From the IMG/VR virus record IMGVR_UViG_3300046514_000542: 64,000 nt of DNA. One strand, written 5' to 3'. The stretch comes from a virus. The notes beneath the pieces are model-generated. The model did not search any database and was not told the DNA's origin. It worked only from the letters and a program-made list of their open reading frames with translations. How positions within the stretch are numbered: position 1 is the first letter of the stretch; the number at the start of each line of letters is the position of its first letter. Shown piece after piece: positions 55,548-63,431 of the stretch. The translations under genes were made by a program, and so were the position numbers.

Positions 55548-56291
55548 CTATACTATACCCCCAAGTCTTTTTGCTGCTCTCCAATTATAACGTACATCCT
55601 TTTCATCTTTAGCTGTTACGATTGTCGGCCATAGGGCAAGTATCTTCGCTTGTTCTTGCTGATACCTTTCAAAACAACGCCAATCGCTACATCCACCGTT
55701 GGCATTATGAGTATCAGTCTTAGACCACTCAGTGCTAACAGCGGTCTTAATTCCACGTGTAAGAAACTGGAGGTGCATGTCATGCTCTTCATGCCCAAAG
55801 TCTAATCTGAATTTAGGCCACGGGCACGGCATGGTATCCCGGTTAAAGCCGAGCACTTGATTGAACCGCTGGCATTCAGCATAGCCGCGCGGCTTAGTCT
55901 GGCTCATGAACTTATCAACTAACCCGACATATGGATATTGTTCCATTAGTACCCATAGATCAGTAATCATTGTGAGTGTATCTTCTAATGTCGCTTTGGT
56001 GAAATTACCTTCATCATTCCGTTTATAAAAAGTTAAATCATCATCCAACATAATCAACTTACCGGTTTTTGGCATACTCTGCAACATAAACTCGCGCTTC
56101 AATCCAATACCGGTTCCCCCAAATGGAATAACATCTAGTTCTATAGACAAGGCTGCACGATATGTATCGTATTGATCAAATGGCACAACAATACTGATGT
56201 ATTGCCATAGGTCATGAGACAAATTACTGATAGTCTTTTGGTTCCAGGGCCTGGATCTAGACGGTATCATTATGTGCAGATCATCATACAT
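55548..56291 (-). CDS. GT-A-like transferase (DDD motif), paralogue 2
   Basis: IMIPSRSR, KLIMLDDDLTF, EEHDMHLQFLTRG and NGGCSDWR align block-for-block with ORF 54699..55493. Confidence 0.5.
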   Translation of the reverse strand: MYDDLHIMIPSRSRPWNQKTISNLSHDLWQYISIVVPFDQYDTYRAALSIELDVIPFGGTGIGLKREFMLQSMPKTGKLIMLDDDLTFYKRNDEGNFTKATLEDTLTMITDLWVLMEQYPYVGLVDKFMSQTKPRGYAECQRFNQVLGFNRDTMPCPWPKFRLDFGHEEHDMHLQFLTRGIKTAVSTEWSKTDTHNANGGCSDWRCFERYQQEQAKILALWPTIVTAKDEKDVRYNWRAAKRLGGIV

Positions 56292-57174
56292 GTCTGAACA
56301 CCTGTCTTGGACGCCCGACCCCGGTAGCTACCTTAGTGAACTTGCTGAACTCACAAAGACAATTTTGGAGATCTTGGTTGTGCAGTCTATTAATTTCTAA
56401 TTCTTCAAGTCTTGGATTCACAATAGCACTTAACCGGTTGAGTTCCATTAACCATTCGCCCTTGGCCCATGACTGATCCATTGACCTACCAAGTACGATA
56501 TTCAACCCGCGCATACTTCCAGGCCCAGGCGCAGCCCATGTCCACCAGTCGGGTACAGTGGGCATACATGGTAGATACTTCAAATCGGCCACAATCTGGG
56601 CTCTCATAAACGAACCTAACCCCTCCCCGTTTATCCATTCATCTATTTCAGCTAATAGCGGTGGATTTTTGCGCCATACTTCCCATTGTGTGAGCCATGG
56701 TTTCTTGCACCATTCATGAAAATATGCGAGCACCCCTTGTCCTTTAGAATAACCAGGCATTCCATTAATAATATACGCTCCAGTTACATGAGGAGTTGGT
56801 AATTTATCTAAACAACAGATTAATATGGGCCAATCACGATCTATGAGATATTTTTCAAATACAGTCAGATTACTCAACATATCTGGCTGACTAAAGAATG
56901 CATCACAAGTTTCTGGTCGATTAAACCAACGATACAACATAGTGGCTGGAAGTACAGCAGATTCTTCGCCATAATGATCTCGGATAGTCTTTTGGTAATG
57001 TTTTGATACCTTATCATTTTCCCTATTTATATTAGTGAACCGGTATTGTTGGAGTATGGTCTCACTTGTCCATGGCCATGGATCTCCACGTTCACGCCGC
57101 ACACGTATGGCTTCACGCTCATAAATAAAAGCGACAAACCGTTCAATTGGATCTTTTATATCAACCAAGGTCAT
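56284..57174 (-). CDS. aGPT-Pplase-like DNA base hypermodification protein (tentative)
   Basis: The N-terminus ERFVAFIYEREAIRVRRERGDPWPWTSETILQQYRFTNINRENDKVS matches my recollection of the PWT-D-IL--YRF-N--RE-D motif of the alpha-glutamyl/putrescinyl thymine pyrophosphorylase family. Confidence 0.4.
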   Translation of the reverse strand: MTLVDIKDPIERFVAFIYEREAIRVRRERGDPWPWTSETILQQYRFTNINRENDKVSKHYQKTIRDHYGEESAVLPATMLYRWFNRPETCDAFFSQPDMLSNLTVFEKYLIDRDWPILICCLDKLPTPHVTGAYIINGMPGYSKGQGVLAYFHEWCKKPWLTQWEVWRKNPPLLAEIDEWINGEGLGSFMRAQIVADLKYLPCMPTVPDWWTWAAPGPGSMRGLNIVLGRSMDQSWAKGEWLMELNRLSAIVNPRLEELEINRLHNQDLQNCLCEFSKFTKVATGVGRPRQVFRHV

Positions 57175-57563
57175 GAAGACACCTGTTTCTTATACCACGG
57201 CACAAATTTTAGCAATGTTTGCGGGTCAAACATAGGGTTATGCCAGTCTCCATCAAACCTCATGCACCGGTCATCGATAGTTAAGAATGCATGAGGCTTT
57301 TCGTTAGCATAGTACAGTCGTGCTGCGATTGTACTATGGGGGCCTGCATGTTTTCTAATATAGGTTTGCATCGCAACCCTACCTTGATATGTTTTTGATC
57401 GACTGGAATACACATGTATTTCAAAATATATGAGTGCAGCTTCTAACCAATCAAATATCCCCGGTACCGGTGGGTCTGATATTACTTCATCCCCTTTCCA
57501 ACCAGAAGAGTATGAATGTATGCACCCATCGAAATCGAGGCAGAGTATGGGCTTTTTAGTCAT
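57171..57563 (-). CDS. HAD-superfamily phosphatase
   Basis: Motif I LCLDFDGCIH (DxDx), then SSRS, EKP and TIDDR. Confidence 0.6.
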   Translation of the reverse strand: MTKKPILCLDFDGCIHSYSSGWKGDEVISDPPVPGIFDWLEAALIYFEIHVYSSRSKTYQGRVAMQTYIRKHAGPHSTIAARLYYANEKPHAFLTIDDRCMRFDGDWHNPMFDPQTLLKFVPWYKKQVSS

Positions 57564-59110
57564 TCAAACAATCCTCCAAAGTGGTATTTCTTTTCTGGAG
57601 CTATAACGATAAGATCTTGGTACGTTCGTGTAATCCCCGTGTAGAACACCCTCGTTTCTTCTTCTATATTACTCGCAAACTGCTCCGATGGCTTTGCCGT
57701 ATCAGACAGCAGTACGACCGTGTTGGCCTGCCCTCCCTTAACGCGGTGTATAGTAGAGATATGAATCTTTGGCTTGTCACCAAGATGAAATCCATTGGCC
57801 AATACCTTTTTGAAATAGGTTATCTCTTCTGGTGTAATTTGTACAAACAACTCTTCCCACGGTCCCTCTGCCAATAGCCCATAGTTATCCTTTAATTGTT
57901 GCAGATTAAAATGTGGAGGATCTTTTTGATCGGAAATACTATTGAGCCGGGTTTTGTAGCCATATGCAACTCCAGGCTTTTTACCATGTCCTTCCGACGG
58001 AAGTAGATTGTAAATTGAGACGATCTGGGGCGATGGTATTGACCTACCGTCTTGCAATTCACGCCAAGCTGTGATTGCTTTGGCAATCGATGGTTTGATG
58101 CTGTTAGCATCGAAGTAACGATATAATAAGCCAAAATGTCGGCAATACGGTACGAACTTCTTCCTTAACATTTTCACTGTACGCCCTAAAAGCATAACGC
58201 TCTCTTGGGCGTTCAGATCTCTAGGGCTTAGCTCTGCTATTCCATTAACGATACTATAACTGCCTTCAGCATCCCTTGGCAACCAGACCTTTTCACGTCT
58301 GTTGATGACCTTGCGAATAATCTTATTCGCAAGATCATGCACTTTGCCTGGGACACGGTAGCTCTGCTTCAAAACTTGTGCTGCTCCTGGCATACTGATA
58401 AATTTCTCTGATGCTCCTGCCCAAGTGAAAATAGTCTGGTCATCGTCACCAGCAATGTAGATACGCTTAGCAGATCTGCATAAATGTTCCACCATACACC
58501 ATTGTAATTCACTAAGATCTTGAGCCTCATCCACCATTACAACTTCTAACCGGGGAGGGTCTTCTTGTTTAATAAAATGTTCCAACATATCTGTGAAATC
58601 AAGAAGCTTATTTTTCTCTTTATATTCCCGGTAATCTTTTATCACCTGCCACGCATGTTGAACATTTGGAAACATGTAATCATATTGATGAAAGACAATC
58701 TCAACCGGTGTTAGTGTTATCCTAGATAGATTTTCTAGGAATAGCACTAAATCATCTCCATAGAAACTGGTATATATCCCATCATCAAATGATTGACCTC
58801 CGTGGATATCGTGCCCATACGTGGAGCCAAATTCACGTATTTTATTCCCAACCATTACTTGATCAGTAGTCAGGCCCAAGTGTCTGAATGCCGCACTGTG
58901 AAGTGTGTTGAAATATCTGAATGCAGAGCGAGGCAGATTAAATCGCATACTAGCACGCGAAATAGCCTCCTCCACTCCACGTCGGGTAAATGTGAAAAAC
59001 CCAATACGGTCAGGTGGAATACCGCGCTCCATTTCTAGGAGCACGGTGTCTAGTAACGTGGTGGTCTTCCCCGTTCCCGGGGGACCGAGGAAGATGGTGG
59101 GGTCAAGCAT
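57560..59110 (-). CDS. UvrD/Rep-type SF1 helicase
   Basis: Walker A GPPGTGKTT, Walker B VMVDEAQDL, C-terminal IHRVKGGQANTVVL. Confidence 0.8.
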   Translation of the reverse strand: MLDPTIFLGPPGTGKTTTLLDTVLLEMERGIPPDRIGFFTFTRRGVEEAISRASMRFNLPRSAFRYFNTLHSAAFRHLGLTTDQVMVGNKIREFGSTYGHDIHGGQSFDDGIYTSFYGDDLVLFLENLSRITLTPVEIVFHQYDYMFPNVQHAWQVIKDYREYKEKNKLLDFTDMLEHFIKQEDPPRLEVVMVDEAQDLSELQWCMVEHLCRSAKRIYIAGDDDQTIFTWAGASEKFISMPGAAQVLKQSYRVPGKVHDLANKIIRKVINRREKVWLPRDAEGSYSIVNGIAELSPRDLNAQESVMLLGRTVKMLRKKFVPYCRHFGLLYRYFDANSIKPSIAKAITAWRELQDGRSIPSPQIVSIYNLLPSEGHGKKPGVAYGYKTRLNSISDQKDPPHFNLQQLKDNYGLLAEGPWEELFVQITPEEITYFKKVLANGFHLGDKPKIHISTIHRVKGGQANTVVLLSDTAKPSEQFASNIEEETRVFYTGITRTYQDLIVIAPEKKYHFGGLFE

Positions 59111-59984
59111 GCTTTTCTTCTAGCTCGAGGAACCCTTTATTCGTACCATACTTAACATCTTTAATGGTTTTATTCCCACAGAAAGCATTCCAGGCAAAGA
59201 TGCATCCTTGGTAAATCTGGGCAGGTGGAAGGGTTGTCTTAAATTTCTTTTCCAGCACCAGCACCAAGAACTCATCCAACGCTGTGGCTGGGTCACCGTC
59301 GATTTCTACACCACCTTTGCACACATCTTTCCAAAAATCTTGTGCGTTCATTTGGTCTTTTTGGAAAGTAGCGAACATAGCAGCTACAACCGGTATGTTC
59401 TTACATTCTCTCGTTTTACTCGACAGAATGTGGCCATTTCCGATCCAAAGAAAGAACGGATGCAAGTCAGTATCCTGCAACATAGCGTATGCTTGATCAC
59501 TAGTAGTCAGCTTTTTAATGCCTTCCACTGTTCGCTTATACCAAACAATTCCTTCAACTGCAAGCTTAGCGATAGGCTTGGGAACACTCTTTAGATCAGG
59601 TTGCAAGCCTTGATATGCTCCAGAAACATCGAGCGATGTGCGGCTCGATTGCCTACCATCTAGCTGCCTAAACAAGATTGCCAGATCGTCCATGGTTTCA
59701 CATCGATACCTGTCAATGTGCACCCTCAAATCGGATGGGAATTTACCACCCAGTTTCTTTAGCATCGCGCAACTGTGCTGCCCGTTAACTCGAAACACGT
59801 CAGCACCTACTTCTGCACAAGCAAAGTTGAACGGAACAAGAAGCCCCGCATTTGCCCTTTCAAGCAAATACTCTACCCGGCCCTCACTCAGATCTCGCTC
59901 AGTTGGAGACGGTGTCATCGTCTCAAACCTTACTGCAATCTCTGGAGTAAGGGTCCCGGATGTTGATTCAAGCAACTTAAACAT
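59103..59984 (-). CDS. ParB/Srx-fold (DGQHR-like) protein
   Basis: FRVNGQHSCAML resembles the (D)GQHR motif of the ParB-like/DndB-like nuclease superfamily (tentative). Confidence 0.4.
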   Translation of the reverse strand: MFKLLESTSGTLTPEIAVRFETMTPSPTERDLSEGRVEYLLERANAGLLVPFNFACAEVGADVFRVNGQHSCAMLKKLGGKFPSDLRVHIDRYRCETMDDLAILFRQLDGRQSSRTSLDVSGAYQGLQPDLKSVPKPIAKLAVEGIVWYKRTVEGIKKLTTSDQAYAMLQDTDLHPFFLWIGNGHILSSKTRECKNIPVVAAMFATFQKDQMNAQDFWKDVCKGGVEIDGDPATALDEFLVLVLEKKFKTTLPPAQIYQGCIFAWNAFCGNKTIKDVKYGTNKGFLELEEKHA

Positions 59985-60028
59985 AGGATTACTCCCTGGT
60001 AGGGAACATAGAAACGTGTTCCCAGGCG

Positions 60029-60745
60029 CTACTCTTTCTGATCATTGTAAAATTTCCTGAGTCTACCGGCTTCTATGGTAATCGACGGTATGGATATCGT
60101 CGCCATATTTTTCAGCCCTAGATCCTCAAGTTTACGAATGATAGAAATGAGTTCCTTGCGAGGTATTTTTACATACTCCGCGCAAACCTTTGGTTCTTTG
60201 GTCTTGGTTAGTTCCTTTTGAGGTTTTGGTTCTTCTTGAACCTGAACATGGTTTTGTTCATTGTGAAAGGCTTGAACATTCGCCTTATTAAAGGTTATTT
60301 GTTCTTCTCTCACAAGAACAGCAAGTTTTTTATGTGCTGGTCTGATTAATCTTACAGCTCTCACCATAGTGCCATGGCTAACATTAGCATATGTTGCAAG
60401 TCTGTTACGAAGTTGTATATTCTTTTGACAAAGTTCAGCTATTATCATTGCACGTCGCCCAACATCAAGATTTCGTTGCTTAATATTATTTTTGAAAATT
60501 AATTCTATAATATCGAACTCATCCAGTGCAGAATCAAGTTCTATGACATACGGCACCATATTAATTTCCAAACAAGCTCGCATTCGACTACGGCCATCAA
60601 TAATCATATTATCACGAATCATAATAGGATGGTTTATATTATTCTCCTTGATATTAGCCAACAATTTATAAAATTCCATATCTTTCATCAAAGGAAATAT
60701 CTCTAGTGCCGGGTGAATTGTGTATTTGCCTATCTGATTAGACAT
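60029..60745 (-). CDS. ParB N-terminal domain protein with HTH
   Basis: IHPALEIFPLM...HPIMIRDNMIIDGRSRMRAC is the ParB-like nuclease domain pattern. An HTH-like region follows (NVSHGTMVRAVRLI). Confidence 0.65.
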   Translation of the reverse strand: MSNQIGKYTIHPALEIFPLMKDMEFYKLLANIKENNINHPIMIRDNMIIDGRSRMRACLEINMVPYVIELDSALDEFDIIELIFKNNIKQRNLDVGRRAMIIAELCQKNIQLRNRLATYANVSHGTMVRAVRLIRPAHKKLAVLVREEQITFNKANVQAFHNEQNHVQVQEEPKPQKELTKTKEPKVCAEYVKIPRKELISIIRKLEDLGLKNMATISIPSITIEAGRLRKFYNDQKE

Positions 60746-60774
60746 GATACATCATCATTAGTTTGTGCATATGC

Positions 60775-60788
60775 CGTAAAGCATAACG
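60775..60788 (-). promoter_or_regulatory. GCTTTAC-core motif copy (CGTTATGCTTTACG on the minus strand)
   Basis: Upstream of the ParB-like gene. There is no good -35 at canonical spacing. Confidence 0.4.
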
Positions 60789-60842
60789 CACATTTTTATG
60801 GATTACAAGTTCGTAAAGGTTACCTGCCCGCTGTGCTCGGGG

Positions 60843-61619
60843 TTAAAACGGTATCTCGTCATTTCCACTGTCACCAGCATGGGCCGTGGGTGATTCTGCC
60901 CTTTTCTCTCCTTTTTGAACAGCTTGATAAAGGGTCTTGGCGGCTTGATATTCTGGCACCGTAACTGGACCAAGGTCTTGAAACTTGAGTCCAAACCATT
61001 TTCCCACTGCGTTGCTCGCAGGAACCGTTGTCAAACGGTACTTGCGAGCAAAACTTGGCATGACGTTACCGGTTTTAGGGTGCAGGAACTGATGAAATAA
61101 CATATTCCAGCTTCGCGCAAAGGTATGTTTCGTACCAGTGCATGGGAGTACATACGGTTGACCATCCACCAGTAGATAGAACTCACGGGTATCTTGAACA
61201 ATGTTCCCACTACCACCCCGCACGAGACTCTGTCGTTCCCGGCCATCATCACCACGAACAGTGCGCTGAGTCATGTCTTCTGGCGGAGAGTCATGTCGTG
61301 CCACAAATCCACCCCGGTTAGGAAGCCACTCAATCCATGTGCGTACCATCTCAACCGGGATGGCTATAATACCTTCTTCCCCATTACGAATGGGGATGAT
61401 GGCATTGCGCAACCAGAAGTCTCCTGGGTTCGCACCTTCAACATAACTGTCACCTCGTTTTTCAACAGCCGGTGAACCGGTTTGTAGCACATATATGAGT
61501 GGGAGTAACTGGTCTTCTGGTTTAAAGCTGACACCTGCCCCAGAGTCTTGTTCAGCCATATCCAACAATTCTTGAGATGTCAGTTCTTGTGACAATGCTG
61601 TCTGTAATTCATTAGCCAT
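60843..61619 (-). CDS. SSB-like protein with acidic C-terminal tip
   Basis: ATG 61619 with a GGAG RBS. The C-terminus ...GDSGNDEIPF mimics the D-D-D-I-P-F tip of bacterial SSB. The body is not a classic OB-SSB by eye. Confidence 0.45.
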   Translation of the reverse strand: MANELQTALSQELTSQELLDMAEQDSGAGVSFKPEDQLLPLIYVLQTGSPAVEKRGDSYVEGANPGDFWLRNAIIPIRNGEEGIIAIPVEMVRTWIEWLPNRGGFVARHDSPPEDMTQRTVRGDDGRERQSLVRGGSGNIVQDTREFYLLVDGQPYVLPCTGTKHTFARSWNMLFHQFLHPKTGNVMPSFARKYRLTTVPASNAVGKWFGLKFQDLGPVTVPEYQAAKTLYQAVQKGEKRAESPTAHAGDSGNDEIPF

Positions 61620-61653
61620 GGTGACACTCCTATCTGTGTTTAGTACCATATAC

Positions 61654-61667
61654 CGTAAAGCATTTGA
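61654..61667 (-). promoter_or_regulatory. GCTTTAC-core motif copy (TCAAATGCTTTACG on the minus strand)
   Basis: 35 nt upstream of ATG 61619. Confidence 0.4.
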
Positions 61668-61788
61668 GCGCAAGGGGCCGTGCAAACGGCCCGTACAGCG
61701 GTGTTACCAGGGGGCGGTACCACCCTAGGCGCCCCCTAGTCAAAACGCACGGGCGGCCCGTTTGCGGGGCTCCACGAGGCCCGCAAAT

Positions 61789-62154
61789 TTACTTATTGCA
61801 ACGCCAGTATCGCCACCCATGCTTCGTATAATAGGTGCGACCCAACTTTCCACATACTGTGTCAGTAACCAGATTAGGTTGTGTCAACATAACCTGTTTG
61901 GATCTTACCACCGGTTGATCAAGTTCAGGTTCAGATTTCGTTATTATTTCAACTTTGACCGGGGTTGGAGGTGGGACCGGAAATACCGGAGCAGGTATTG
62001 GCATCACCGGTCCTCCTGGCTTTGCAGAGGCTGTCTTAGGTGCCACAACAGATGCAGCGTGTTGTCTGATTAACAACACTGATGCTAGCGATAGTGGGAT
62101 TAAAGCACCTATGACAACTGCCTTGATGATGTTGCCTTTAGATTCACGGCGCAT
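61789..62154 (-). CDS. single-pass membrane protein (121 aa)
   Basis: ATG 62154. TM segment IIKAVVIGALIPLSLASVLLI, a Pro-rich linker and a basic Cys-containing tail. The start lies 7 nt after the last array unit. Confidence 0.5.
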   Translation of the reverse strand: MRRESKGNIIKAVVIGALIPLSLASVLLIRQHAASVVAPKTASAKPGGPVMPIPAPVFPVPPPTPVKVEIITKSEPELDQPVVRSKQVMLTQPNLVTDTVCGKLGRTYYTKHGWRYWRCNK

Positions 62155-62161
62155 AGTAGTG

Positions 62162-63431
62162 TCTTTCGCTTTATTGTGATGGGTTTCTAGGATGGGATGG
62201 CACGCTTCCGTGGTTTGGATTTCTAGCTTTGAATGGCTCGCTTGCTCCTATTGGATTCCTAGTAGTGGATAGCACGCTCTGCATCTATGGATTACTGGAT
62301 AGACATGGCACGCTTCAACGTTGTGGGTTTCTCGATATCGTTGGCTCGCTTATCACTTGTGGGTTTCTACGTCCGGATGGCTCGCTGATGCCCAATGGGT
62401 TTCTGTGCTTTTCTGGCTCGCTTGCTGCATCGTGGGTTTCTAATCTTCTTTGGCGCGCTTGGCCGATTTGGGTTGCTATATGATGAAGGCCCGCTAAGTC
62501 TTGTGGATTTCTGTACAACGTGGCTCGCTACGAGTTCTGGGGTTCCTTATGTATTGTGGCTCGCTTTTCTCCTATGGATTTCTACCCAATCTATGGCACG
62601 CTCCTGCAACGTGGGTTTCTGGTCATTTGTGGCGCGCTTGCGGTTTATGGGTTTTCTAAGGTCGACTGGCTCGCTTATCAGATCTGGGTTACTAGATCGC
62701 AATGGCTCGCTGTCGATGATTGGGTTTCTCGCGACTGATGGCACGCTGATTGGCTCTGGGTTTCTATGGTTGGTTGGCTCGCTGAATGTGCTTGGGTTGC
62801 TCTGGCGCAGTGGCTCGCTCGTGACGATTGGGTTTCTTGCTTTCAATGGCTCGCTGACGCATCACGGATTTCTCGATTTACGTGGCTCGCTTTGTCCGAC
62901 TGGGTACCTACCACTTATGGCTCGCTCACGTTGCTTGGGTTACTGATCCAAGATGGCTCGCTAATCACCTTTAGGTTTCTTGAGTTCCTTGGCACGCTTT
63001 CCTCCTACGGGTTTCTATCCATGTCTTGGCTCGCTCTTATGATAGGGGTTTCTGCAGGAGCATGGCTCGCTTCCCTCTCTTGGATTACTACGGTCGAATG
63101 GCTCGCTTGCGTGATCTTGGGTTTCTAGCCTCGATGGCTCGCTGGACAACTTGGTATTCTCTCGTATTCTGGCTCGCTGGCCATGGTTGGGTTGCTACGT
63201 TTATCTGGCTCGCTGGAGGATGATGGTGTCCTCTCGTTTTCTGGCTCGCTAAATTCCATTGGATTTCTTACTCCTGATGGCTCGCTCACCGTCTTGGGGT
63301 TTCTACCAACCTCTGGCTCGCTTGCATGATTGTGGGTTTCTAACCTCTGATGGCTCGCTGTGCCTCACTGGGTTGCTCATCCGGTATGGCTCGCTTCGTT
63401 CCTATGGGTTTCTAACCAACTTTGGCTATTC
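62162..63431. repeat. tandem array of about 36 units of 36 bp: TGGCTCGCT-N9-TGGGTTTCT-N9
   Basis: TGGCNCGCT motifs at 62198, 62234, 62270 ... 63387 (34 well-formed units plus degenerate end units at 62162 and 63423). 25 of 33 intervals are exactly 36 bp. 25 copies are exactly TGGCTCGCT and 12 are exactly TGGGTTTCT. The intervening 9-mers are unrelated to each other. Confidence 0.95.

Noticed and set aside
62162-63431. Array as a CRISPR locus
   Set aside because: The constant segments are only 9 nt and the whole period is 36 bp. There are two different constants per unit, no palindromic repeat, no leader and no cas gene in the window. Only the constant/variable logic is shared.
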